Source: Paragordius varius (lineage: Eukaryota > Animalia > Nematomorpha). Taken from it: a DNA stretch of 64,000 nt. Shown piece after piece: positions 1 to 12,894 of the stretch. Positions within the stretch are counted from its first letter, which is position 1, and the number at the start of each line of letters is the position of its first letter. The DNA lies in contig OZ176053.1 in assembly GCA_964247055.1 (NCBI GenBank), positions 12,152,001 to 12,216,000 on the forward strand. Reading direction: 5' to 3'. Below the pieces are notes generated by a model. That model ran no database searches and was not told the DNA's origin. It saw only the letters and a program-made list of their open reading frames with translations. A program made the translations under genes and the position numbers.

Positions 1-583
1 CCTATTTATGAAATGATGGAAAAAAAAACAAACTACTTTGGTTGGAAAAATTATTTATGCGACAAAAGATAAATACTTTCAAAGGGTAGGCTTTAATTTT
101 TTAATATATGACACTTGTGATTTAAAAACATGTTTAGTAATTAATTTTGGAGCCTTTAAAATTTGATTTTTTGTTAAATTAAATAAAAGGATATGTTTTT
201 AAATTAGAGAATCTTTATACGAAATCGACCTTTAGGGCCATTTTAACAGGGTCTGTTATTTCGCAATTACATGTTAAAATTCTCCTTTGGTTTTAATAAT
301 ATTATTGTGTTTTTCCTTTTTCATGTAATCTACATAATTTTGTTAAATTTAAATTTTTAGTGTGTCTATTTATTAAATGTCATCATTTATTTTATATTTG
401 TCCTTGCTTTTGTTTCACAAATTCCTTTAAAATCAAACCTTGAGGCTAACCATATACTCAAAGTGTAAACTCTGTTAAATTATAATTTTTCACTCTGAAA
501 TTTTATATATTTTATGTACCCAAAATAAGCTTTCAATCAAAATAAAATATGGTTGATTTATTAAAAACAACTGTGTATTTAAT

Positions 584-588
<5 letters not shown>

Positions 589-614
<26 letters not shown>
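589..614. repeat. (AT)n microsatellite
   Basis: Uninterrupted run of about 13 AT units read directly from the sequence. Confidence 0.9.
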
Positions 615-1153
615 GAATACATTAGTAAGTTAGGGGTAAAAATTGCGCCAAAAAATTGAAAATACGGGCGGCATAATTTTGTGTTTGCAGCTGATACGCT
701 TTTTAAAAGGCACTATTTATGTAAATAAATTAAAATATGGCGAAATCTTATACTTTTAAAATATCTATAATTTTTAACTTTTTTTACTTAAAGAATTACA
801 TGTTTTACTTCGCTAATTTATCGTATCCGTTCCTATTTTCGAGTTTTATGGCTAAATAATTTATACGAGTTTACCAAATTAATTACCCAAATACCTGTTT
901 TACAGAAAGCTGGTTCAAATGTGTCTTTCTTATAAAAATTTTATCCGTTTCTAATTATATTTTTATTAATGATTTGTTTGAGATTAATAAATATTACACT
1001 ATTTCATCGCTTTTGAGTGTTTAAATTGAATATCGTTAATCCAAAGTTCTTTGGTTTATATGGCTTAGTAATATTTCAATTAAATCTATTTCGATTCCAA
1101 TCTACTTACTGTGGTTATCAAATACTTTCCAAAAATTATTTCATGAAATAATG

Positions 1154-1912
1154 TCAAAAAATTATAATTGAAATACTTAATGGTAGGTGGGCGTTATCGG
1201 GTTTAGCACTATTATTAGTTGTAATATTGATTTTATCATGTTCATGAATTTGATTTTTATTTAACGCATTTTCCGCCAAATTATGGTAAGACCTGCGGTT
1301 TGTTTGACACTGTGAAGGCGAATTTCTTTTTATTACCATTTCTATTGTATCATCAAGTTTGTCAAGTTTACCCATATTTGATTCTACCAAAGTCCTATCG
1401 CAGGTTATGGATGAATTTTTAATATAGTTCACGGTATTTGTGTAATTATTTTGGTTCGATACAGGCTGATGAACAATATATCGATCTAACCATTTTTTCT
1501 TCATCTTAAGATTAGAGATTTGATCCTTCATAGTTAAGGAAATGGTGGAATAAGGACATGGCTGGGTAACGATGTTGCTTGTTTTATTATCCTGGTTATT
1601 TATTAACCCAATCGCTGAATATCCATCGTTTTCAAAGTTATAATTTGAAACATTATCCTTCTTGTGTCGTTTTGCAGCCGGGGCTGTTTTAGATAAATTT
1701 ATTGCTTCATTTTTATGGTTTAGTTGAGGGTTCGAACTTTGAGAGCAAGAAGAAGACAACAAAGTGTCAGACGAATAATTTTCATGTGACGATGACGCAG
1801 ACGATATTGTTTCACATTTGTGTTTGTTAATTGCCATTTCTATTGATTCCCCGAACAATATTTCTTTCAGAATTATGTTGTGGTCAGACCCGTTTTTGGT
1901 TGATGAATGCAT
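1154..1912 (-). CDS. Low-complexity Ser/Asn-rich ORF, probably a large internal exon of an unidentified nuclear protein
   Basis: 252-codon open frame in very AT-rich DNA. There is a plausible acceptor (gtattag) just upstream of the ORF ATG and a donor (TTA A|gtattt) near its end. It contains a basic NLS-like motif PAAKRHKK. No family recognised. Confidence 0.55.
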   Translation of the reverse strand: MHSSTKNGSDHNIILKEILFGESIEMAINKHKCETISSASSSHENYSSDTLLSSSCSQSSNPQLNHKNEAINLSKTAPAAKRHKKDNVSNYNFENDGYSAIGLINNQDNKTSNIVTQPCPYSTISLTMKDQISNLKMKKKWLDRYIVHQPVSNQNNYTNTVNYIKNSSITCDRTLVESNMGKLDKLDDTIEMVIKRNSPSQCQTNRRSYHNLAENALNKNQIHEHDKINITTNNSAKPDNAHLPLSISIIIF

Positions 1913-3727
1913 AAAGAAATCGTTAATGTCTAATACTTTGTACTTTTATTATTTATAGAATTGTAAGGTAACAAATATATCGATTGGTTTATACATACAT
2001 ATAATCCACAATGATAATTATAAATGAATAGGGTGTATTTTGAGGTAATGACCGCAGTTTAGACAGAAAAGTTTTACACGGTGTTTCCGTTTTAGCTATT
2101 ATTAAAGCATTATAGGAATGTTTTTTGTATTTTATACGTTCTCATTAATTTTGATATTGTGTGTGTAATATACAGACACAGACATTAGTATTACAAAAAA
2201 GGAAAAAAAGTCATTTTCAACAAAAAACCAAAAACGTTGTTTATGCTGTGTATATCGTTAAGGATATCATTGCATACATAGCTTTATGTTTGTTTTTATA
2301 ACATGAAATTGTGTGTTACGATATGAATTTGAAAGAATGATGATACATATTTTTAGATAAATATTACATTGTAAAATGCTGAAATTCGTGTCCAAAAAAA
2401 GCAAATAAAGTATAAATATAGCATTAAAGTTTCTGACTGTATGAATACGACGAATATAGTATGCGTTTTTTGGATAGCATCAGAACGCTAAAAAATGTTG
2501 TATACATATTATAGTGGAATTGTTTATGAAGTACATACAATTTGGCATTTTTCAGACCAAAATGTTTCCCTCTATCCCCTCTCTTCGTTCACGAAAAAAA
2601 AAGAAAAACCAATTTTTAAATTGCTGCTGCGTACAGTATAAATGTATCAGTGTGAATAAATAGCGAATTACACCATTGGCTTTGTACATTGTGCAATAAA
2701 ATGCTGTATTTTTTTGTACATTAACAATTTTTTTACAGCTTTTTTTTCTTTTTATTTTTCTGCATATGTAAACGAGGGATGGTTCGTCAACACACATTTT
2801 ATAATTATATGTGTACAATAAATGCTTGTTGTTTTTCATTGTACATTAAAATGTAAACATTGGTGAATGGTTAAAAAATAGCCTTCTCACTTTCATATTC
2901 GTTATTATACATACATTAGTGCAAATATACATATAAAAAAGTAAACATTTAACATGTGATATCTATACTTTTTCACATTGTTTAACGGCATAAAGCCAAT
3001 AAGATGATATAGCACTAATACATGAATACCGTGTATACCGCATAAATTATATAAAATCTTATATCTGTCAACTATATTACTCTCATGGCTCTAGAGAATC
3101 TATAAAAAATTAGTGATCATGGTATTTTAATTGTGCTATGAGAGAATGTTTACAAGTTTTTTCACTCATATTTAAATTCTTTTTTTCTCCAAAGTTTTTT
3201 AAATTTAATTGTTAAAGAAAAATCTCATTATTGAGATGTTGCGTTTTTAGCAGTCCGGTGGACCAATCGAACCAAACCATTTTTGGATATTAAATTTTAA
3301 AATATTGGATTTTATTCCATATAAGCGGGATAAACACGAAAATGCTTTAAACAACATTTTTGCCATTTATTTAAAAAACCGATATTTAAATTACCACTGT
3401 ATCCGATTATATGCCAAATGTACATATAGCCACCCATACCAAATTGTTACAAAAGTGTAAACATACGTTTAAATGAAAGTTTTTATTCAACTTAATGTAA
3501 AACTATATTTTTTAAAATAGAATAATTTTATGCAATGTTTATTAAAAACAAATACAACAATTGCACAAAATTATTCGGACCCTACTGGTTATGACGGTGA
3601 CATCGGTTAGATAGAAAACTATAATTTGTCATCAGTTTATGTACCCAATTTACAATGTCTTTTTGATTACAAATATTAAAATTGAACTTATTTAGTGTTT
3701 AAATCAGTGAATTAAAAAGTTTTGTAA

Positions 3728-5040
3728 TCTATATATTTATAAAAATGGAAAATGCTGGCTTGTGTTGTGCTTCCGGAAATCCGGTAGACCCATTCAAATC
3801 CAAATGTCGAAAGATACATTAATGGATGCTCCGACAATAGCTTCCCCCTTTTTGAATTCGGCTTCAGTTCGAGCCATACCCGTGTAAAAAACGGGTTTTT
3901 TAAAAAACAGTCCGCAAAAATCGTGTCTTTGAGACAATTTTCCGGAAAAAGTGTTAGACCATTTGATTTCAAATATGATTTTTTTACTTTTTTTCCGATT
4001 GCGCTGAATATTGTCGACGCTTTTTTAATTAGGCCCTCTTTTTACCCGCACCCCGGTAAAATGCTATTTTTTATAAAAAATTAAGTTTACAAAAATAATT
4101 TTTTGAATCTATTTTTCTCAAGGTATGAGATTGTAAAAATTCACTGAGGTATCCATGTCCCGGTTAAAAGGCAAAAATTTTAGTCGTGCTTTTTTTATTG
4201 GCTGCTGGGTAAACAGATACCAGCTATAAACTGCCCCGTCATATCGAAATAGCGTGCCTTTGGAATTTCAGAAAACCTATCAGGCCATATGAGTTTAAGT
4301 GCTTAAAATACCCGTACGTCGTGCGGTTTTTCAAAATTAGACGCTAATTAGGCCCTTCACGCCCTGAAAAATGCCCCACCATAGAATGATTTTTCAGTTT
4401 TGAGGCAATTTTTCCAAAGCTAATAGCACATGGAATGAATCATGGTACCAGGTATTCTTCGTAAAAAGGCAAAAAAATAAATCAAGCGCCTTTTATGTAT
4501 CAGAAACTGCACCATCATATCGAAATTGCGTTGTTTAAGAATTCGTTTTCAGAAAACTTATCAGGCCATACAGGTTCAATAAGGGCCTGAAATATTACCT
4601 GTAAAAAGAATAGTCGAGCGGTTTTTTAATTAGCCGTTAATTTGGCCCTTTACCCCCTAAAAAGTGCGCAATGATTAGATTATTTTTGAAGCCAAAACAT
4701 ATGGAATGAATGATGATTCCAGGTATTTCCCTATAAAGGCACAAAATTTTATCGAACGTCTTTTTTATATTGGCCTCCGAGTAGGGGGTAATACAACTGC
4801 GCCATATCGATATAGCGTGACTTTGGAGGCAAATTTTAGAAAACTTATCAGGCCATATGAGTTCAATAAGGGCTTGAGATATTACCCGTAAAAAGGCAAA
4901 AATTAAAGTAGAGGGGTTTAATACCCTCAATTTGGCCCTTGCCCTGAAAAATGCGCCACCATAGAATAGATTTTCAGTTTAAAGGCATTTAAAAAATCCC
5001 ACGAGAGCATATGGAATCTCTCATGATTCCAGATATTACC
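3728..5040 (+). mobile_element. Non-autonomous Helitron-like element (5' end plus internal tandem array; 3' end not found)
   Basis: Starts A|TCTATATATTTATAAAAATGG. The first ~390 bp align by eye with the element at 12301, which has a complete Helitron 3' end. Confidence 0.65.
4025..5040 (+). repeat. Degenerate ~280-320 bp tandem repeat, about 3.5 units
   Basis: Anchor gaaaac(c/t)tatcaggccata recurs at 4271, 4552 and 4839 (periods 281 and 287). aatt(a/t)ggccc, catatcga and atggaat also recur at a similar period. Confidence 0.85.
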
Positions 5041-5353
5041 CGAATTACTGTCACATGTTATCAGATGAAAATCAAAAAATGGGCCTTTGTTCAAAAATAA
5101 AATTAATGATGGCATTTTTAATTTTATCTTCCTTATTCTTCGATAAAAACATTCAAATCTTTTAAATTGAATCGTTGCGTAAATCTCATGGTAAGTGAAT
5201 CACTTATTATTGGTTAACATAATTCAGGTAATTTAAAGACTTTATACTAAACACATATTTTGCCAAATGCGATTCCCGCACATATTTATAAATTTATTAT
5301 TTAGAAATTTAATTTACTATATATGGTATTTTATATAATTATTGGATAGAAAG

Positions 5354-8300
5354 CTATTTTTCTTCATTGGAAGCTTGATTAATTAGAGATTTAAGGTCAT
5401 CTATATTGAGAATTAGTTTTTTGGTTTTAAACACACGATTTTTGATTAGTCTCTGGTTTAGAAATCTGTCATGATTGCTTATTATTGTAGAATCTGATGA
5501 TGCATCTTCATCATGTGCATGTGATTGAAAGAGAGGGCGGTTATTTCCTCGATTAATTGACTTGGTTTGCATTTGTTCTTGTAATCTATTTACCATAACA
5601 CTATATGTAATAATGTACCGTTCAAATTTTCAAATTCCCCTTTTTGTATTTTTGGATTCATAGTGAATCCAGGCAATATTACTTAGCCACATTAAACAGG
5701 TGGAATACCTTATAAATTTTAAGCGATATATAACCGTATGATAAAATTAACAAATATACAATAAATTAATCGTTGCAAAATTATTTTGGATCAAAAAATA
5801 AAATATAAACTATAGTTTCTTTTAGGCAACATAAAACAATTAATAGAACCCAAATCTCAATAATTGCGAAATGTACAAAAAAAATATAAAAAATTTTTAA
5901 AATTCCGGTCATTTAAAAAAATGGTTCTAGATATTGAACCAAAATATATTTTATTATGTAAATTTTAAGTTCTGTTAAAGGACTAATTTTTTCAATTGAT
6001 AACAATAATGGCTTCAAAAATTCAAACATTAATTCTATAAAAGTAATATACCGGAAACAGCTGATTATTTATCCCTCTGAAATTTTAATTGATTTTGATG
6101 AAATAATACCCTAATATTTGCTTAAAACACTTTAGTTTTTGCAGAAATTTAAAAAGATCAAAAGTTAATCAAACTATTTATTTCTATGTGTAATTTTGAA
6201 ACATGCTTTCCTATCCTTTATAATTTAATACCAATAATGAGTCCGTTCTAATCTTAAATCCTTTATAGATGATTCCGATATTTTAAAATTATTGTCTTTT
6301 ATAACTGATTATTTTGAAGCTTAACGCTTAACTATACAATGAATAAAAACGAATACCTAGTTTCTTGTTGAGTAACGGTAAATGAATTTTGTTCTTGTGA
6401 GTCATCCAAATCTAAATTAAATTGTCGAGCAAATATAACTTTACAAATTAAAAACTATTTTAAGAATAGAATTTACTTAAATTAAATAATTAAAAGATAC
6501 CAGAAGCTATTGCCGTTTGTTGTGTAACAAGGGTTGGTATATTTGTCTCTTGTGTTTCCTCAAAATCGTCTTGATTTAGTTGAGGGTTGGTGGACATAAA
6601 ATTTGGATTTACTGTGGGCAATTTAAACCGTCCCCTGAAAAATGGGATAGATGGTGTTATATCTTCAACCATTTGTGATGCGCTCGTTTCAGGAAATGGA
6701 AAATCATTATTTTTCGCAGGAACTAGAGTTAAAACTGTTTGTGAATTTTCATTCGGAATTGTGTTTTGTGTTGTCTCTTGATCTATAACGGCCTCTTCTG
6801 TTCCCGATTCTGTTGTGAACAATACAACAGTTTCTTTTGATTTTGTCTCCATATTAATATTTACTTGTTTGGTTGTTTTTTTAGCTTCTAATTTGCTTTT
6901 TTTGGTTGTTTTTGTAGTCAAGGAATTAATCTTTTTCGTATCCAATACTATTTTTTTCGAACTTCTTGTTACAGTGATTAAGGTAGTCGGGGGTTTGGTT
7001 TTACTGGTTGCCGTCAAAGGCTTTCTGAAAAGAATAAAAAATTTATTCAAAATATTAATGAAGGTCAACATTAAAGCCTTCTCATTTCGAGTACCTACCC
7101 TTTATCTAAACAAGGAAGAGCTATATTAATCACGCGAGGTTACTATATCCAAAAATCTTTTATTGAATCTCTTCATAATTATCATATTTTATAATAATTT
7201 TGGCCCTCCCTCACTCAGCTCAGAGCCGAATTTGTCTGTGGGGATTTTAATGGTCATCTTGATTCAAGTAGGGAATATTTTGAAATATGGTACGGGGACA
7301 TTCTGATGGAAAAAGAAATATGGAAGGAAAATTTGCTTAGATTTGCACAATCCCACAATTTAAAAATAATCAGTCATTTAATAACCTACAAAAGTGGCAT
7401 ACATAAGTCACAAATATCTTTTATAGTACTTCCAAGAGATTTGTTAAAACTTGTAATAGGCTGTAAGTTTTTACCAAATTTAGAAATTAGCTCACAGCAT
7501 AATTTACTTACTTGTAAATTTTTTGTCAAAGAAAAGTCAAAACACATTGATCCTTCAGATTAAAAACTATAAAGTGGGATTAATTATATGAAAAAAGCAT
7601 GATTTTACAAAAGAAATATTGTCCAAAGATGTTGAGTTAAATGATGAGGAGTAAAGTCAGCCAGTTAATCAAAAAGGCAGGGACTCTAGCTTGTGGATTG
7701 AAAGGCGGCAAATTTCAAGTGCGCAGAGAGGCTTGGCTTTGAAAGGATAATAACGAAAAAAGGTAAGGTTTAACAAATAAGCGACATAATAAGAAAGATG
7801 ATGATAGATATAAGTATAAAAGTTTAAATAAGGAATTGACAAAATCAGTTTGTCAGGTTTAGAAAGAAAAGATGATATTTTATGATGAGTTAAATAATAA
7901 GCAAGGTTTAAACAAAGTGCTTAAGGTTTCGCAGCAAAGGAACAAACTCAGGATGGATTTACCAGGTTATGCCCCTGCAATGAAAGGAAAAGATGGAAAC
8001 TTGCTGTGCGAAAATGTAGAAATTTTAAAAGATTGAAAGAGTACTTTGTGAGTTTAGATGAAGGGGTAGGCGAGATATTTTAACCAAACACAGTCGAAGC
8101 TACTGATAGATCAATAGAAGCAATTACAGAAGAGAGGGTAGAATCCAATTTGTTAGATATGCCAAACAATAAGGCTGTAGGATCGGATGACATAAATATA
8201 AATTGTTGGAACGTGACGCAGGATTAAATTTTGAGGCGTGTATTTATTAAAATTGTTACAATTTACGAAATTCCTGTTGAATGCAAAGGAAGTTTTACTC

Positions 8301-10415
8301 TACCTTTATATAAAGGAAAGGTGATATAAATGACTGTAGTAATTATAGAGGGATAAAATAAACGCACACCATTAATTTGTTTGTAAAATAATTGAAAAGC
8401 GACTCAGGAAAATGATATTGGAAGGAATCAATTTGGTTTCATGCCAAGTCAACAATAGACCCTATAGATGCAGTTAGGAGGCTGATTTAAAAACACATTC
8501 AAAAGAGGAAAAAATTACAGAGCTAGCCAAAGTTTTTAATCAAAGGTCAGGTTGGTATTTTATGTATGCGGATGTCATAATCATTTTATCTGATTCAAGG
8601 CTGAATCAAACGGTAAACAAATGGGTTATTAAACTGAATGAATACGGTCTGAATAAACAAAGCAAAAACTTACCTTTTGGGGGTTAACAACATGAAATGG
8701 AAGGGGATGCGTTTGAAAGGTGGGAGCAATGTTATGTTCAGATGGATCGATGACCGACGATATTAATTTAAGAATTAAGAGCTGTTGAATAAATTGGAAG
8801 AAAATTTCATACGTGCTATGTGATTGAAATATTGTAGAGTGAAAGGTAAAATATACAGTATTGTTTAACCTACAATGATGTATAATTCGACGTGGGGCGT
8901 CAAAAAATCCGAAGAAAGACATTTTATTTTCAAAGTTACGGAAATGAGAATGCATAGAATGATGTGTGGGATAACAAGTAAGGACAAAGTTAGGAATAAA
9001 GATATTTGTGAGAGCGCAGATCTTAAACCAATAGTGGAAAGAATGACATAAAATAGGCTACGTTGGTTTGGGCATATTAAAAGAATAGATTCTAATTTTG
9101 CAAAAACAATAGAGAGAGAGAGTCATATAGTTGAAGAAAAACAGACGTGGGCGGACTAATAAAAGATGGATGGACGCAATAAAAAGAGAACTAGCAGAAT
9201 ATAAGCTAAAAGCAGAAAACGCTATAGATAGAGTTGTGTGGCGAGACAGGTTGTCTCACATGACCGCTCTCATGAGTGAAAACATGTAATGTTATGATAA
9301 TAATTTTAGGGATTGAAACCGGAGCCGTTTTTGTAGGTTTCTGACCCGTTTTTAAACCGAAACCACGGTATAAACCGGTTCTAAAAAAATCTTATATTTT
9401 GCCATTTTTTAATTTTAATCACTAATTGTTTTAATCTGACATATTAATTTTATTTTTATAATTTATTTTGATTACATAAAAATATTTTAACCTCATTTAC
9501 CATAACAGCTTTTGTTAAAAAAATACAATCACCAAATATAGGTAGAACCGGAACCGAAAACGGTCTTGGTTCTAATCCCTACCTATAATACATTTCAAAT
9601 AAAGTTAATCTAACTTTGTAGTCAAAGCCGTTTTGGAGAACAATTTAGATGTCATTTTGGGTGGTTTTGCTGTTGTAACGCTTGTTTTGGATTTCATATT
9701 TGAAGGAATTGTAGGAGCTTGAGTTGACCGTTTAATGGTAGAAGGTGGGATAATAATTTTTGTTGTAATCCCTAAAAATTATAAATCGCATAAAAATTCC
9801 TAAAATTTTATTGACAGTTTTCGTATATCGTTATTTTTGTTATGTAGGTAAAAAATCCTATATAATATTTTGGATAATCAACTTTTTATTTATGATCTAA
9901 AACATTGTAATACCTTTAGATTTGGATAAACCAGAAGAAGTAGTTGATTTAATTGTGCTACTCTTATGATTTGTGCGGGGAGAAGTTCCTGACGCTATAT
10001 TTTTCGTTGAAACAGATGATGCCAGTTTTTTATTTTTTGTTTTGGTCGTAGATAAGGATCTTGTTGGAGATACTTTTACTATAGCTCCTGAAAGAGAATT
10101 AATTTTTACATTGCTTAATTTTGTTGGTACTAAGACAGTTGTTGATTTTGATGGTATTTTTACTTTAGTAGGAGGTTCTTTGTTAACTTTGACTTCAAAA
10201 ACGTCATCTGTATCGAAATCACTCAGGAGAGTAGTGGTACGAATAAATTGAAAATCATCTAGGTTCCTGAATTTTGAAATGGTACATAAAATACCATTTT
10301 TGTTATGCTGACTATTTTGGTAATAAATGCCGTAATAAAGCGTAGTTTGAGAAACAATAATAGATAATATTATATAACGTATAAGAGGGGTGAGTATTGA
10401 ATACAGGTACAACAT
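5354..10415 (-). CDS. Thr/Ser/Lys-rich mucin-like secreted or membrane-anchored protein, 5 exons, ~489 aa
   Basis: Exons 10415-9914, 9771-9615, 7024-6501, 6411-6357 and 5585-5354 all have GT-AG boundaries and join in frame (phases 1,2,1,2). Hydrophobic N-terminus (LIRYIILSIIVS) is followed by TTK/PTK-rich sequence. Confidence 0.7.
7230..9300 (+). mobile_element. Decayed RTE-clade LINE (AP endonuclease + reverse transcriptase), antisense in intron 2 of the mucin-like gene
   Basis: Recognisable motifs GDFNGH, KSQI.FI (endonuclease), DCSNYRGIK, NQFGFMP, YADV (decayed YADD), EMRM..MMCG and NRLRWFGHIKR, broken by stops and frameshifts. Confidence 0.9.
9307..9581. mobile_element. MITE with TAGGGATT terminal inverted repeats (hAT-like)
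   Basis: Left end tagggattgaaacc; right end ggttctaatcccta; subterminal aaccgg/aaccga motifs. No clear target-site duplication. Confidence 0.55.
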
Positions 10416-11039
10416 AATAATATATCAATGCATATATAAATAGTATAAATATTAATATTTATATTAGATAAATTTAAATATGTAAGGATCCCAAAAAGAA
10501 CAAAAGTTTAGGGTAACCAAAAAAACGATAAATTTACAAAACCAAAAACACAGAAAAAACTTCTCAAAGGAGAAAAAACAATTTATGTGTGACAATTTTT
10601 GACATCATATGAACCATAGAAAAAAGTTCTACTATCTATTAAAGTTAAAAAGCTAAGTGTTGTGTCATCGTGAATGACTAACTATATATAAATTGTTTTT
10701 TGTGTATCTATCGCCTTTTATGTGATTATTATACTATTAATTATATATACATATTCAAGGTAAAAATAGTAAACCACCACTTTACTGTAAAAAAAACCCT
10801 TTAAATTGGCTAGAATATATTATATATTTTCCGCACATCTAAATGGGATTTCGTGATTTATTTTAAGGATTATATGAGGCATTTACTTTCCATTTAGATG
10901 AAAGAAATTAATTATCATATAAAAAATATTATCTGTATTTCTTGAATGGAAACCATTTTATTATTATAAAAAATATTCGCGATATGCATAATTTTTTTAA
11001 CAATCAGTATTTTATACAATCTCGAAAAATTATGCTATA

Positions 11040-11155
11040 CAGTATGAGTAAGGATATATTGCTAGAAAGTTATTAATTATTGCCAAATAGCATAAACAAC
11101 AAAGGTTAGTATTATTGGCTTTATTTTTTTCACTTTTTACTATTATTAACTAATA
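11040..11155 (+). repeat. Dispersed ~110-bp repeat (second copy at ~57385-57500)
   Basis: tatattgctagaaa.ttattaattattgccaaatag...ttcactttttactattatta is shared between the two loci. Confidence 0.7.
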
Positions 11156-12300
11156 ATAATTCTCTGCTGTATATGCTATTTGGCAAGAATTAAGAACTCC
11201 AGTAATATATACCTCATACTGTATAAAACCCTAAAAATAGGATTAATTATTTATGAATAAATGATTAACACTTAGGCATTAAGTCATATTCTGAATAATA
11301 CTTTTTTGGTGCAAGCTAAATGCTTTGCAATAATCATTAAATATAATACAAACTCCGTTAATAAATAACGCAAAATTATATTTTAGTTTTTAGATATAGG
11401 CTCCATAAGTCCCCAATTTTTTTGACCCCTTAGGCTGGTTTTCTTCAAAATGCATAATTTCCCACTTTGCGCGATATTAAATTTGCTAGATTATGACATC
11501 AATTAGGTTTAAAGTGTATATTCTGCCTAAAATATTGAACTTTATTAAAAATTTGTTGAGTGTATTATGTTGAATAATTTATTTGGTATAATACCCTTGA
11601 TTATCGATAATAAAAAATAATAAATATATAATATTTCTATCACTTAATTTCGAAAAGTGTTTAATCACCCTTTTTGCAATCAACTAAAAGAGAAACAACT
11701 CTTCTAATTTGAATTCTAATTTAAATTTGTTTTCGCGAAATCTTATCATTTTTGCAATTTTTGGAAGGTTTGTAGAGGAGTCCGAAAACTTGCGATTTTA
11801 GGAGCTTGTATTTAAGACAGGAATGATCAATACAAATGGTTTCGCGTGCCGCATTTTTGGCTCAAAAAATTCGGCGCGCCGCTTCTAAAATATATCTGGG
11901 CATTCATAAATATTTCATTATCACACATAAGACTACAAAAAACACACAATATTTTTCTGCTCTTGGGAATTGGAAGGACTTATTTCGAATATTTTTTAAA
12001 AAATAATTTTACTAAGGTTTTTGAAAATATTTTTGAATAAGAATTTCCTAATTTTTCGCGGGCCGCACATTAAGACTCGGAGCGCCGAGTGTTAACACTT
12101 CTGGTTCTATTAAATATTAATATTGTTTCTCTTTTTAAATGAAATTTATGATATAATTAATTTTGCAATTATTTGATATCATTTTCGCTATTTTTGTAAT
12201 TACAATATAGGGGAAAATTACCACATAAGTGTTAAACTTTTGAAACCACCCGTACACTCCAAAACCTAGATCAGATTACCAAAGACCTATACATTTATCA

Positions 12301-12894
12301 TCTATATATTAATAAAAATGGAAAATTCTGGCTTTGTGATCTGTTGCCGGAAAACCGGTAGACCCATTCAAATCCAAATGTCGAAAAAATATAATCATTA
12401 ATAAATGTCCCGACAATAACTGCTCCCTTTTTTTAATTAGGCCCCCAGTTCGGGTCCATCCCGTGTAAAAAAAGTTTTTTTTTGAAAACACAAGTTCACA
12501 AAAATCGTGTCTTTGAGACAATTTTCCGGAGAACGTGTTGAACCATTCAATTTCAAATATGATTTTTGTTTACTTAATTTTGATTGCGCCGAACACAGTT
12601 GGCTCGCCTTTTTAATTTAGGCCCTCTTTTTACCCGCTCCCCCCTTAATATGCCATTTTTTCCTAAAAAAACAAAATCCACAAAAATAATTTTTTGAATT
12701 TATTTTTCCTTATATTAGTATGAATGCACCGTTATAAAATTCCTAAGAGATCATAGCTATTAAATAATGTTTCAATATAATCCACATATGTGGATCATTT
12801 TATTGTCCCTTTTTTCAAATGCCCCCCCCCCCCCCCCCCCCCAGAAGTCCGAAGGACTTCCTCGGGCTGCGTAGCTGCACGAGATTTACGCTAG
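12301..12894 (+). mobile_element. Complete non-autonomous Helitron (~594 bp)
   Basis: Inserted between A (12300) and T (12895), with 5' TC and 3' CTAG. An imperfect hairpin ctcgggctgc-gta-gctgcacgag lies 7 nt before CTAG. No target-site duplication. 5' part is homologous to the 3728 element. Confidence 0.85.

Noticed and set aside
1260-1330. Myc-like bHLH basic region (RRSYHNLAE)
   Set aside because: It lacks the required E-R-x-R-R residues and no helix-loop-helix follows.
2480-2870. Cluster of TGTAC/TGTANA motifs resembling Pumilio elements
   Set aside because: I could not assign the region to a 3' UTR, and the motifs are mostly imperfect and expected in AT-rich DNA.
4025-5040. CRISPR-like repeat-spacer array
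   Set aside because: Units are long and degenerate with no unique spacers, the context is eukaryotic, and there are no cas genes.
3712-5115. Short ORFs at 3712, 4637, 4706, 4927 (and 12309)
   Set aside because: They lie within Helitron-derived repeats, and homologous copies do not preserve the frame.
6587-7129. Plus-strand hydrophobic ORFs (also 9973-10251)
   Set aside because: They are antisense shadows of the ACA/AAA-rich mucin-like exons.
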